DNA of 64,000 nucleotides from Chiloscyllium plagiosum (Eukaryota), in the NCBI RefSeq assembly GCF_004010195.1, contig NC_057720.1, positions 27,963,473 to 28,027,472 of the forward strand. The letters run 5' to 3'. Position numbers and translations under genes: made by a program. Under the pieces are notes generated by a model. It worked only from the letters and a program-made list of their open reading frames with translations. It ran no database searches and was not told where the DNA came from. This document shows positions 36,822-50,717 of this stretch, one piece after another (the stretch's first letter is position 1; each line of letters begins with the position of its first letter).

Positions 36822-39800
36822 AATCAGAGAGTCAGAGAAATGTACAGCATGGAAACAGACCCTTTGGTCCAACTCGTCCGTGCCGACCAGATATCCCATC
36901 CTAATCTAGTCTCACTTGCCAATGCCTGGCCTCATATCCCGCTGAACCCTTCGTATTCATTTCCCATCCAGATGCTACTTAAACGTTGCAATCGTACAAG
37001 CCTCCACCACTTCCTCTGGCAGCTCATTCCATACTCACACTACCCTCTGTGTGAAAACGTTGCCCCTTTGGACTCTTTTATATCTTTCCCCTCTCACCCC
37101 AAAAATATGCCCTCTAGTTCAGGACTTCCCCACCCCAGCAAAAAGACTTTATCTGTTTATCCTATCCATGCCCTTCATGATTTTATAAACCTCTATAAGG
37201 CCACCCCTCAGTCTCCGATGCTCCAATGAAAAGAGCCCCAGCCTATTCAGCCTTTCCCTCTAGCTCAAATCATCGATCTCTGGAAACATCCTTGTAAATC
37301 TTTTCTGAATCCTTTCAAGTTTCACAACATCCTTCCGATAGGAAGGAGACTGGAATTGCACTCAGTACTCCAAAAGTGGCCTAACCAATGTCATATATGG
37401 CTGCAACATGAATTCCCAACCCCTGTACTCAGTGTTCTGACAAATAAAGGAAAGTATACCAAACACCACCTTCACTCTCCTACTTTCAAGGAGCTATGAA
37501 ATTGCACTCCAAGGTCTCTTTGTTCAGCAACACTCCCTAGGACCTTACCATTAAGTGTATAAGTCCTGCTCAGATTTGCTTTCCCAAAATGCAACACCTC
37601 ACATTTATCTAAATTAAGCTCCATCTGCCACTCCTCAGCCCATTGGCCCATCTGATCAAGATCCTGTTGTAATCGAAGGTAACCTTCTTCGCTGTCTGTG
37701 ACACCTCCAATTTTGGTGTCATCTGCAAATTTACTAATGATACTCTTATGCTTAGATCCAAATCATAAATGACGAAAAGTAGTGATCCTTGTGGAACTCC
37801 ACTGGTCACAGGCCTCCAGTCTGAAAAACAACCCTCCACCACCACCCTCTGTCTTCTACCTTTGAGCCACTTCTGTCTCCAAATGGTTAGTTCTCCCTGT
37901 ATTCCATGAGATCTAAACTTGCTAACCAGTCTCCCATGGGGAACCTTGTCGAACGCCTTACTGAAGTCCATATACATCACATCCGCCGTTCTGCCCTCGT
38001 CAATCCTTTTTGTTCCTTTTTCAAAAAACTCAATCAAGTTTGTGAGACATAATTTGCCATGCACAAAGTCATGTTGACTATCCCTAATCAGTCCTTGCCT
38101 TTCCAAATACATGTACATCCTGTCCCTCAGGATTCCCTCCAGCAACTTTCCCACCACCGACGTCAGGCTCACTGGATTATAGTTCCCTGGCTTGTCCTTA
38201 CCACCTTTCTTAAACAGTGGCACCACGTTAGCCAACTTCCAGCCTTCCGGCACTTCACCTATAACTACCAATGATGCATATATCTCAGTAAGAGGCCCTG
38301 CAATCACTTTCCTAGCTTCCCACAGTTCTCGGGTACACCTGATCAGGTCCTGTGGATTTATCCACTTCTATGTCTTTCAAGACATCCAGCACTTAGTCCT
38401 CTGTAATATGGACATTTTTCAAGATGTCACCATCTATTTCTCCATATTCTATATCTTCCATGTCCTTCTCCACAGTAAACACTCATGCAAAATACATGCT
38501 AAGCATCTCTCGCAGCTTCACACAAAGGCTGCCTTGCTGATCTTTGAGGGGCCCTATTCTCTCCCTAGATACCCTTGTCCTTAATGTATTTGAAAAACCC
38601 TTTGGATTCTCGTTAAGCTTATTTGCCAAAGCTATCTCATATCCCCTTTTTGCCCTCCTGATTTCCCTCTTACTTTCCCTCTTCCTGCTTTTATATTCTT
38701 CTAAGGATTCATTCGCTCTCTCCTGTCTATACCTGACATATGCTTCCTCCTTTTTCTTAACCAAACCCTCAATTTCTCTCATAGTCTAGCATTCTGTATA
38801 TCTACCGGCCTTACCTTTCACCCTAACAGGAATATACTGTCTCTGGACTCTCGTTCTCCCATTTCTGAAGACTTCCCATTTTCCAGCCATCCCTTTACCT
38901 GCGAACATCTGCCCCCAATCAGCCTTTGCAAGTTCTTGTCTAATACTGTCAAAATTAGCCAACCTCCAATTTAGAATTTCAACCTTTTAGAGCTGGCCTA
39001 TCCTTTTCCATCGCTATTTTAAAACTAATAGAATTATGGTCGCTGGCCCCAAAGTGCTCCCCCGCTGACACTTCAGTCACCTGCCCTGCCTTATTTCCCA
39101 AGAGTAGGTCAAGTTTTGCACCTTCTCTAGTAAGTGCATCCACATACTGAATCAGAAAACTTGTACACACTTAACAAATTCCTCTCCATCTAAATCCTTA
39201 ACATTATAGCAGCCCCAGTCTATGTTTGGAAAGTTAAAATCCCCTACCATAACCACCCTATTATTCTTACAGGTAACGGAGATCTCCTTACAATTTGTTT
39301 CTCCATTTCCGGCTGACTATTAGGGGGTTAACAATACAATCCCAATGAAGGTGATCATCCCTTTCTTATTTCTCAGTTCCACCCAAATAACTCCCCTGGA
39401 TGTATTTTTGGCAATATCCTCCCTCAGTACATCCCTTATCTAAAACGCCACTCCCCCTCCTCTTTTGCCTCCCTTTCTGTCCTTCCTGTAACATTTGTAT
39501 AGTGGAATATTAAGCTGCCAGTGCTGTCCATCCCTGAGCCATGTTTTTGTAATTGCTATTGTTTCCAAGTCTCTTGTTCCTAACCATGCTATGAGTTCAT
39601 CTGCCTTCTCTGTTAGGCCTCTTGCATTGAAATAAATGCAGTTTAATTTATCAGTCCTACCTTGTTCTCTGCTTTGTCCCTGCCTGCCCTGACTCGCTTC
39701 TTTTCTCAACTGTACCAGTCTCAGATTGAGCTCGTTCCTCACTAGCTGCCTGGGTCCCACGCCCCACCCCACCATACTAGTTTAAATCCTCCTGAGCAGC

Positions 39801-41030
39801 ACTAGCAAATTTCCCTGCCAGTATATTAGTCTCCTTCCAATTCAGGTGCAATTCGTCCTTTATGTACAGGTCACTTTTATCCCAGAAGAGATTGCAATAA
39901 TCCAAAAATGTGAATCCTTCTCCCATAAACCAACTCCTCAGCCATGCATTCATCTGCTCTGTCCTCCTGTTCCCACCCTCACTAGCTCATAGCACCGGGA
40001 GTAATCCAGATATTACTACTCTCGAGGGCCTCCTTTTTAAATTCCTGCCTAACTCTCTGTAATCTCCCTTCAGAATCTTATCTTTTTCCCTTTCTATGTC
40101 GTTGGTTCCAATGCATACAATGACCTTCTGCTGGTCCCTCTTCCCTTTGAGTACATTCTGCACCGTCTCTGAGACATCCTTGATCTTGGCACCAGTGAAG
40201 CAACACACCATTCTGATGGTTTTTTGCTGCTGGTCACAGAATCCTCTGTCTGTGCCTCTGATTTGAAAGTCCCCTAACACAGTCGATCTCTTGGAAACTG
40301 ACCTACTTCTCAATGTATTAGAGCCGATCTCAATTCCAGAAACTTTACTGTTGGTGCTGCATTTACCTGAGAATCACACCCTACATTTTCCAAAACAGCA
40401 TACTTGTTTGAAATGGGGATTGCCACAGAAGACTTCTGCACTACCTGCCTATCTCTCTTACCTTTCCTGGAGTGAACCCACCCATATAACTGTATCTGCG
40501 ACTTTTCTCCCTTCCTCTAACTACCACCCATGACCCTTGCTCTTGTACATTCCTCATTGCTGCTAACTGTCGCTCCAACCGATCCATTCGATCTGATAGA
40601 ATTCACAACCAATGGCTTTTATTGCAGATATAATCCTCAGTAACTTGTAAAGTCTCCCTAAACTCCCACATCTGACAAGAAGATCTTATCACTCTATTAA
40701 AGGTCATTTTTGTTCCTTCCAGAAAATAGCACCACCATATTCCTCTCCAATACATAAAACATAAAATCAAGAAAGAACCTTCTCTAGTCATTATTGTAGA
40801 TTTACAGTAAGGCTATACTTAAAACTTATCTGTTTCTGTAGTGTCCCATGTGCTGCCTATTGTCTGTCTCCCTCTCTTTTGAAAGTGCCATTGTTTTGAC
40901 TTTTTTTCTCCAAAGTTGCAAAACTATGCAACAGCATATAAAATAGTAATTGCTGCTCCTGGAATTGGAGGCAATTACCTCCAACACCTTAAATAGCTCA
41001 AAAAAGTAGTAGAAGCCTGTTACAGCTATC
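36822..41030 (-). mobile_element. Near full-length CR1 LINE
   Basis: Minus ORFs 39987-40313 (esterase), 39440-39775 (CIYFNARGL endonuclease), 37609-38307 (RT); 5' UTR homologous to 4250-4480. Confidence 0.93.
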
Positions 41031-41049
41031 CTTCCAATCCAGTTTCTGC

Positions 41050-42230
41050 TTCTGCCATTGTTGCAAAATAGCTCTGATCGAAATCACAAATAACATCCTT
41101 GATGACGGATACTAAAGTAAACTGTCATTCTTCCTTCTCAATCTGTTTGCAACCTTTGTCACTGTTGACTGTGGAATGTGGAGTTAAATATCATTGAGAT
41201 GTACTAATAAGATACGGTACACATGCAATGTGAAATGATTGTGTTCTCTCTCTTGTATCGTTGTGGCAAGACGAACCCACAGTAAAATGGATCGTAAAAT
41301 ACTTGATATTTTCCTTGTCTCAACAGCAGCACCACAAGACCAAGAATATTATAGACTGCACCATTCTCTAAAGCCCTCACTGTTGACCAGCTAAATAAGT
41401 CTACACTTGCTTGGTTCCATTATTATCAATATAATTATTGCCAGATGATCACTTGCAATGGCTTTTCTTCCTGCTCCCACACTAATATCTCTGAATCTAT
41501 CAAGGATTTCTCCTTGTCCCCTATTTCCTACCTGTGTACTGCCCCTTGGTGGCAGTCCCAAAGCAATGTCCCTAAATGATCAGAGCACTTACCTGATGTG
41601 TGTAGTACTGGATGAGCAGAAATTTCCTCCAATTATATGTTGGAAGACTGCAAACATTGTTTTTGTTCTCTCCAAATTCCATTCCCTACTCAACTCCCAT
41701 TTCCTGAATAGTGATTTAATCTCTCTTGCTTGCGGCTGTCTGAGACAAAATTTCATTGACTTGCAATCAGATGTCCTATTTGAACCTGAAAAGAACTTCT
41801 TGGGTTTGCATCATTATCAGAATTGTCTATTTCCGCCTTCGGGACTTCGCCTTTGCTTTAGCTGATCTACTGCTGAAACCCTCATTCACATCTTTTTTAC
41901 CTCCTAGATTTGACAATTTTAACATAGATTTGCCTGGCTATCTGTGTTCTATTCTCTGTGAAAGTAAGGTTATCCAAACTCTGTCTATGACCAACATCAC
42001 ATCACATTCTTCTCCAACAATGCTAATGTTGGATCCCCATCAAGATATACCTTGATTTCAAATTGTATTCCTTGATTTCAAATTATTTCATTACTTCACC
42101 CACCTCCTTAAATCTGTAATCTCCTCCATCTCCATAAAACTTTCATGTTAGATACAATCATCTATTTCTGACCATTTGAACATCTCAGGTTTTAATTGCA
42201 TCACCATCCGAACTGATTTCCAGAGATAAC
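41050..42230 (+). mobile_element. Old L2-clade LINE remnant
   Basis: Decayed ALIEITNNIL...LLNLFATFVTVD (cf. TALxKVxNDIL...LLDLSAAFDTVDH) and ETLIH.F..PRFD. Confidence 0.6.
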
Positions 42231-43252
42231 GTGAGAATGATTACTCTTGATTTTAGGTCAGCATTTGATTACAAATGGCATCAAGGAGCCCAAGCAAAAC
42301 TCAAGTCAGTCAGAATTGGGATAAAATTCCTCAATAGTTGGAGTCATACCTGACTCTTAAGGAGATTGTTATAGTTATTGGAGATCAATCACCTTTGTCC
42401 CAGAATGTCCCACATATCCATAAGTGCTTACACACAACTCAACAGTTTGTTTCCCATTACCAAATCACCTGTGGTATTTTTTCACCTGTTAACCATAACC
42501 AGTAAATCATCTTTGTTTTCCAATTTATTAATTTCCATACGTAACCTTTAGGAGCTTTGGCCTTAATGGGCTATGTCTTCGATCATACTGCCTTGAATTT
42601 CAATAATTATCTTCTCTCTACAATAAGGACAGGAGTGCGGATATTGCTGATGATTGCACTATATCAGTACCACGTGCAACTCTTCAGAAACTAAAGCAGT
42701 TGATCTCCATACAGATCAGGGATAAGAGGAAAATGTCTTTGAACTAGAGGAAACCGGGAACCTGGAACTCAATACCTGTGAGGGTGGCAGACACACCCCC
42801 TCAAAACATTTAAAAAGTATTTAGCTAAGGCATACAAAGCTGTAGGCAAGTGTTGAAAAATGGGATTAGAATAGATGCGGTTGGTTTTTGACCAGAACAG
42901 ACTTGATGGGCTTTCTATGCTGTAGAGCTGTATGACTGTTACGTGCTGGATGACATTTAGGCTTGGGCTGGTAAGTGCAAACTAACATTTGCATCTTAAA
43001 AGTACTAGGCAATGGCATCCTCCATCCAATAGGACATAAATATCTTTCTTTGCTACTGAATCGTATTATCATCTTTGAATCCCCCACAGCCAATAATCTG
43101 ATGCCAGTGGAATCGGGCTTCTGAGCCAGGGGCTTTGTTCTGTCCACTTTTCGTTTCTTTTCTTTTTGTCCTAGTTTTTTTTATTATGCTTATGTCTTGG
43201 GAAGAACTCAGTCGCTGTGATGGTATCTGTTGGCATTGGGAAGTCTGCCCAG

Positions 43253-43560
43253 TAGATTAGATTACTTACAGTGTGGAAACAGGCCTTCGGCCCAACAAGT
43301 CCACACCGACCCGCCGAAGCGTAACCCACCCAGACCCATTACCCCTACACCTAACACTACGTGCAATTTAGCATGGCCAATTTGCATAACCTGCACATTT
43401 TTTGGATTGTGGGAGGAAACCGGAGCACCCGGAGGAAACCCACGCAGACACTGGGAGAATGTGCAAACTCCACACAGTCAGTCGCCTGAGGCGAGAATTG
43501 ACCCCGGGTCTCTGGCGCTGTGAGGCAACAGTGCTAACCACTGTGCCACCATGCCGCCCA
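43253..43560 (-). mobile_element. HE1-like V-SINE
   Basis: Reverse complement of the 20740 SINE including the tail. Confidence 0.92.
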
Positions 43561-44579
43561 CAAGTAGTGTAGATTTAGCAGTGGTGTCCGAGATGAGTTA
43601 GGGTTCCTGGCAGGCTATGATGAGATTGTCTTAGCACCAACTCGTGACAGCTTTGGAGGTGAGTTTGGATTACCTGTCGTGTCTGTATCCAGCGCAGATT
43701 CATGGAGGTCTGTTTGGGCTCAGTACGTGACTCTGCAGCTTCGATAGCAATTGCATTGGCAAGGTGGGCTGAAGCAGACACATGGTAGCAGAGTTGAGTT
43801 TTGGTCAGTGTCGTACCTGGTGTGCTCAATGGCATCTGCATTAGTGAAGTCCATCAAGGCTGTTGGTGGAGGCGATTTGGTGCTGAAGAGTGGGACTTGC
43901 ATTTCGGCGGTGTGGCAAAGGGGACACCTGCCTGGCCACTAGACCAGTGCCTATGACAGAGCACTTAACAAGAAGAACTGTAAAGTGTAAAGTAGTGAAG
44001 AACTTTTTTCTTCACTACTTCATTTTTCTGCCTTTATATTCTGTATTTTGGTCTTTTATTCTGCACTTTAAGATAGTGCTGGAAAATGGCAACACTGCAA
44101 CAGTTCCATATTTTGTATATATGACAATGAATAAAGCAAATCAAATTAGGTTTGACTGGAAATCTAACTGGACCAACCTTGTAGCCATGATATTTTACAA
44201 GAGGAAGTCAGAGGCTGGTAATTCTATGGAGAGTCACTTGTCCCTTAACTCTCTCCAGTGTGTGCACTGTAAGGCATGTAATGTTATATTGTACACTTCC
44301 CTGGATGAATGCAACTCCAAAAACACTTGTGTAACTCTACACCAGTATAAATTAGTACATTTAATCGGCACCCCATCCACCACCTTCAAAGTTTGCTCCC
44401 GCCATGACTAGCATGTCATGGTACCAATTTATCAAGTCTTCCTCAGCAGCATCTTCCAAACGTGTGACCCTTACTATCTAGAAGGACATCTAGTAGCTGA
44501 GTCAGGAGAACACCAAGGCCTGAAAGTTCTCCTTAACTTCACAGTATCCTGACTTGGAACTGTTCCTACAGTGTTGTTG

Positions 44580-47500
44580 GATTTTTTTAAAAACATATTT
44601 TTATTGATAAGTACATTTTTTTTAAATATTACAAATACAAAACAATACAATTCAAAACAATACAAAAAAACACCAAAAAAAGTAAAAAACCCAAACTGCC
44701 CTCATGTACAAATGTATAAATATGTATAGAAAAATATAAATAAAAAACTCCATCTAAAAACTACTTAACTAAATAAATAATAACCAACAATGAACTAATA
44801 AATAATAACCAACAATGAACTAATAAATAATAATTACTCAGCTCAGCCAAAGAAAGACTCACTCTCGAATATCGAGAGCATTAGTTTTATATTCATACGT
44901 TCGCAGTTCCCCCTGTCTGGATATTGGACTCGTAAAGCACAATTGTTACAGCTATATAAAAACCCTTATTAGTGTGGCGGACAAATCTGTGTCCAGGTAT
45001 TCCAAAAAGGGCTGCCATGTCTTGTAGAGATTCTCAGTCTTGTGGAGTACCATACTTGTGAGAAAACCCAAGTGGATATACTCCATAACAATCTTCCGCC
45101 AACCTGACAGGCCCAGGGGATTTTCGAATACCTAACCTAACAAGGTATCCTTTCTTGTGCAGAAAGTGAGGATGTTGAAAAGTTTTTTCTTACGCATATC
45201 TACCGGGAACATACTGGGCAGGCCAAGAAGAGGAGCGATCCAGTCCTTCTCCACCCTTACATCCAAAATTCCTTCCATTGTACCTGCCACAGCGCTCCAG
45301 TATGTTTGAAGCCTACCACGGGACCAGAGATACTGGATAAGAGTGCCCGTACCAACCTTGCACTTGGGACATGTTGAAGATACCCCGGTTTAAATTTTGG
45401 CAAATGATCTGGAGCCAAGTGGACCCTGCAGAAAATCTTCAACTGGAAAGCATGGGTCCTATTGCAAATTGATATCTTCCTTGTGTTTTCCCAAGTATCT
45501 TCCCATGCCTGTGATGGGACCTCAACACCCAGCTCTCTTTCCCTAACTCTGCAGAGTCGATCGCACTCATCTGAGGGGGCACTGATGATATAAGTGTGTG
45601 GTGAGGTGTGTGTGTGTGTGGTGAGGTGGGACTTGAGACTGATCAATTTAGAGAACACATCTACCATAAATTTGAGGGAATGGGCCAGAGGCAATAAACA
45701 TTTAAAACACCATATTCTTCCCTGTTTATCAGGGCTTTGAGAATTACAAACCTCCCGTGTGTAACGTAAATGGGAAAATCCTTCTAACCAATATAGCCAC
45801 TCCCCTACTTCTGGTATTAAAAGATGCAAAGTAAACCTGATCAAAGCCATTCTGCTGTAGTTTCATGTGCTCCCTATCATCTAAGTGTGTCTCCTGTAAC
45901 AAAGCAATATCTACCTTTTCCTTTCTAAGACTTGAAAGTACCTTCTTCCTCTTAATTGGTGAGTGACTCCCCTTGATGTTCCAGGTAACCACTAATCAAG
46001 TCATTAGCCATAACCTTCTGCAGTAACATTTAGATTCCAGAGAGGAGGAACTCGAACCACAAGCCTTAGTGTTGCAAGATCCATCAAACATAAAAACTAC
46101 ATAAACTAAAACCACTGCAATTAACAAACCTACAAAGCTATCAAAGATTACATACAACAAAAACCAAAAAACAAACCAACATATAAAGCACCAACAGTGT
46201 TGAATAGGGGAACACACTCCCTGCCCAAAGCGGGCAATTACATATCTCAAAACCCAACTTCCCATCCCGCTGCCAATACTGCAGCCCAGGCATTTAAACA
46301 CTTGAATCGGGCATAAGCTGCCTGTAAGTAGGCATCTAGTCATCCTAGCCAGAGCTACACCGTAAACACAAGCAGAAAAGAAAGAAAATACACCATGGAA
46401 TAGCCATGTGAATAAAGAAATTTTGAAAAAAAAGGTAAGTACCCCACACATCCTTTGGTATAACTTAATTTTGAAATTGAAAATATATATCTCAACTGCA
46501 ACCAAATATAGTTTTGACCAGATTATTACCAACAAAAAAGATAGGAAAAGAAAGCCCCCACCAGGCTTCCGCTTTTTTTCAAAGAAAGAAACAAAGACAT
46601 ACCCAAACAACACTACTATTTGTACATACTAAATTGTCCACAAAGTTGCTTGCCTTCTCCAACGTGTCAACGAGATGTACAGATCCATCTAAGGTGTTCT
46701 GGAGCACCGCCAGATACCTCAGAGAGTACTAGATCCCAAGCTCTCTCAGTGTTCTCTTGACACCGTCAGAGGATTTTCTTTTCTGGATCACCGCCACTGA
46801 GAAGTCTTGGAAGACCATGATCTTAGAGCCCTCGTAAACTAAAGTCTTTGGATTCTTCCCCTGGATTCTGGAAGCTTCCATGATGATGAAACTGCACCAG
46901 GATAGGATGAGTGCGTTGATCCATACTTATCCTCTGCTCCGTGATCCTCTCGATCTTCGAGCCTCTCATTCCACCCTCCAAATTAAGGAATTTCAGCAAC
47001 CAGTCCTCAATAAATTCTGCCAGCCGCTCACCTTCCTTACCCTCCGGCAGAGCAACGATCCGAATTTCTTTTCTCTTGCCACTGTTCTCGAAGTCATCAA
47101 CTTAGTCAAGCAAATTACAGACCTGCGTCTCCAGGGCTTGGATCCTATCCTTGGAGGAACCGGTATCAGCTTCCACCACTGTGACTCTATGTTCTACCTC
47201 ACCCGTCCTTTTCTCCAGGTCTCCCAGCTGCTGTTCATGCATCTTTGGCATGATAGAGATTGGGGCCACCTTCTCCTCTGTTTACCTTTGCTCTTCCACC
47301 TTTCCACTCCACCCTCCTCCCTGACCTATCACCTTCATCCCCTCCCCCACTTACCTATTGTACTCTATGCTATTTTCTCCCTACCCCCACCCTCCTCTCA
47401 TCTATCTCTCCACCCTTCAGGCACTCTGCCTGTATTCCTGATGAAGGGCTTTTGCCCGAAACGTCGATTTTACTGCTCCTCGGATGCTGCCTGAACTGCT

Positions 47501-47835
47501 GTGCTCTTCCAGCACCACTAATCCAGCCTCTGTTTGCTTACCCAACATCTTGCGAGATTTTGCAAACTCCTTCACCAGGGCCTGGTAAGAAATCGAGTCA
47601 GAGGATCCTGCAGGCTGGGTCACGGGCCCAACCTTGGACGCTCCTCCTCCTTCGGAATCCCTGGATGATGACAACCAAGATAAGTTAATTTTTAACAGTT
47701 TCCTGGGACTCCGACCTTTCCAGAATCCCAGGATATCGCGGTGGTCTGGGTAGGGCTGGTTAAATGTTTGTCTCGCTTGCGCTGTGGTGCGGAGCTCTGC
47801 AACACGATCTTCCTCGATTGCATCTTGGATCCCCC
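44580..47835 (-). mobile_element. Full-length-ended L1/Tx1-clade LINE with a large internal ORF2 deletion
   Basis: 5' end gggggatccaagatg; ORF1 pieces DDFENSGKRKEIRIVALPEG and FQDFS; ORF2 start VTWNIKG...LLQETHL; AATAAA and A-rich end; TSD cagtgttgttg at 44569-44579 and 47836-47846. Confidence 0.88.
47284..47526 (+). mobile_element. Penelope family A single arm with intact hammerhead core, inserted in L1
   Basis: 9-bp TSD cctctgttt at 47275-47283 and 47527-47535; CTGATGA 47438...GAAACGTC 47465. Confidence 0.88.
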
Positions 47836-49273
47836 CAGTGTTGTTGATTAAAAGTTCTGAAATTTTACCTCTAAGAGTATGAATGGTGTAATTACACCAC
47901 ATGAACTGCAGGGGTTCAAGCTCACCACCACTGTCTCAAGGGCAGTTAGAGGTGGGCAGCAAATCGCGGCTTAGCCAGCAATGCTTACATCTCATGAAAG
48001 AATAAATTAAAAAAAAAATTTGCAGATGACCATACGTTCACCTGTCAGAGTCCTCTCCAACCTCACAGCTGTTTCCTCTTTTAAGTTATACATTTAAAAT
48101 TTCTGACCAAGCAAAATGCATGCAGTTTAATTTTTTGACAGTCAAAGCATTTATTTAAATGGTGCCATAATTATGTTATGAAAAACAGAAGTTAATTAGT
48201 GCAACTTGTGTTAATATATTATTGCAAAAAATACCCAATGATATCAGTCCAGTTAGTAAAAATTACAATCATGCAAACAATCTCTGATCAGTGTGTGGAT
48301 GTTCGAATAACAACTGAAATTGTTGAGTGGCGAAAATAGCCTCCTTTATTCAGCAACCACAAGTAGCGTAAGTTCGAGGCGGCAATAGAATCCTAAAATA
48401 TAGTTCTTACAAGCCTCTTTGATCACAGTTCTTACATATATTAAAATTCCATTACTGTGGTGTTACATTGTTTTAAATATAGGACACAAAGGTTTGAGGG
48501 CCTTCTGTCCTGGAAGACAGGAGATGGATTAAAACGTGCTAAATGCTGGCTGCTACTCCTGATAGGTTTTAAGAGTGTCTTTCCGGTCTGCTTGCATAAT
48601 TAAGAGGTGTTTGTCCTTTTGTCTTTTAAGTTAATAAATGCTAGTTAAACATGCTAGGCCTATATGCTCTACATAGGTTAGAAATTGTACCTGTACTTAA
48701 TAAAAGAATAAAGGATACTTAAACTGATTACAACCCCTGTAGCTGGGTTGTGAGATTTGTTTATTATTTGTTGGTGAGTTTCATTCATTCATGCAATTTC
48801 ACATTAGCACTGTTTTGACAGTTAGTTTCTTAAAGGGCGAATGGCCCAGTTTAATTGGAGAAATTGTTTGGTGCTCTGTAATCTGTTCAGGTCCGGGAGA
48901 TGGTTGGTAAGGGCTGATTAACATTATAATATTTTGTGGAGACTTGATGGGTGGTGGTATTGTTCTGTATGCTACACTTATTCAGAGGTAGCAAGGGCTG
49001 GTAAGTTGTGAAAATGCAGTAATGGGTTTTAAAGGGTTGTTTTGATTAGAAAGGGTTGTTTTAAATTTGGTCCATCTTAAGATAGTAAAATAAACTACAG
49101 AACCCGTGCTTTTATGAATTATGAAATTGTGTTACATTAGGAGCTTATGAATGAAAGAAATGGGAATGAATGGGTTAATAAAGGAGTTATGAATAAATAA
49201 ACATAAAGCACTTGTGACTGGGTTAGTGAAGGGACCTAGAATACAATATCTCACAAGTCACTTAAAATATGTT

Positions 49274-49491
49274 AAAAATCACACAAACACCAGATTATAG
49301 TCCAACAGGCTTATTTGGAAGTACAGGTTTTTGGACTGCTGCTCCTTCGTAAGGAAGCCAACTACCTGACGAAGGAGCAGCATTTTGAAAGCTTGTATTT
49401 CCAAATAAACCTGTTGGACTATTATAACCTGGTGTTGTGTGATTTTTAACTTGGTCCACCCCAGTCCAGCACCGACACCTCCACATCATGG
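49274..49491. mobile_element. Palindromic mini-element, family C, with decayed hammerhead core
   Basis: Inverted arms; 13-bp TSD cttaaaatatgtt at 49261-49273 and 49492-49504; CTGACGA-a-GGAGC-agc-atttt-GAAA-GC-TT at 49366-49394. Confidence 0.85.
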
Positions 49492-50280
49492 CTTAAAATA
49501 TGTTGTCACACTGTTTAAAATCCAGCAGGGGGCATTCTACATAATAATGGCATTCTTAACCCAACTTGAGAATTCTTGAACAATAACAGTTTATATTTAC
49601 ATAGACATTTTAAGGTAGAAAAAAAGAGGAGGCCTTGTGGATCTCTAGGTAGTGTTCCTTCCTCCATGCCAGAAAATGCTTGTCTAATGCTTCATTCCAA
49701 GTCTTGTTGGCCAAGATGTATTTCAAAAGTTTAACAATCTACCAGTTAATTCTTCCAACTTTCCCCACTAGTTCCCCAAAGGGTTGTTTTCTTCCAACGG
49801 TGGTATCTTGGTTTTGCTTATTCTCCTTTGTCATACAGAATGAATCAATTGAACCATACACGTTTTAGCCCTATAGATATCTCAAGAAATGCCAAATTAT
49901 GTGCGAATGGCTACAAATCAAACAGTGTACTGATCAATAGTAGCCCTTTTTTCTTTCATTTTTTTTTGATTTGTCAACCAAAGCTGAAGTGGTCTTACTC
50001 AACTTGGATAGTCTATCATTTTCCAAAATATGCAATCAGGTTAATTTCTAGTTTTTCGCATTCCAGACAGCAAATTAGAAAGCAGCGCAGAAGAGTTCAT
50101 TGTCAGGTTGTGTGTTCAGAATGATTTCAAGTGAGGAGAAATGTCAGTAACAACTTTAGATTTTATTTAGCCATGCCATATTGATCAGGAACACTGATTC
50201 AAAGGAATTAAATTATCTATGATATGATTAACAAGCATTTTTTTCTTTTTGTGATACTGAAGATCATTGTTTTTATATAG

Positions 50281-50351
50281 TTGCGTTTTTGAAGTCTAAG
50301 TAATTCTGATTATTTGACTGATGAGTCCCGGTGTTGAAGAGCAAAGATCAG
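50281..50351 (+). other. Candidate small exon with possible start codon (MSPGVEEQRS)
   Basis: Acceptor gtttttatatag, ATG at 50321, donor CAG|gtcagt; non-repeat context; protein not recognised. Confidence 0.3.
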
Positions 50352-50717
50352 GTCAGTGCTGCAAATAAAAATACTTATTATTAGACCTTGTATCATCATA
50401 ATGGATAGGACTGGAAAGGATGCTTTTCAGTAGATCAAGTTTCAATCTGACAGGCCAAGAAGTGCAAGACTACTAATTTTGTCATCACTGTCAGACATTG
50501 ACAGACAGTTTTACAGCTATACAGCATGGAAACAGACCCTTCAGTCCAACTTGTCCATGCCGACCAGATACCCTAAATTAATCTAATCCCGTTTGCCAGC
50601 ATTTGGCCCATATCCCTCTAAACCCTTGATAATAAATGCACTGTATTTAGGTGACCTAAATAGAAAATATACGAGATATGTGGACAAATATATTTGAATC
50701 TATGTTCTCTCGCTCAA

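Noticed and set aside
45996..46613. 205-aa minus ORF between L1 ORF1 and ORF2 as an extra gene
   Set aside because: T/G-biased low-complexity spacer giving F/V/L-rich translation, non-ATG start, no domain.
50317..50350. CTGATGAGTCCC as a hammerhead
   Set aside because: No complementary GGAC-GAAA downstream; an exon reading fits at least as well.
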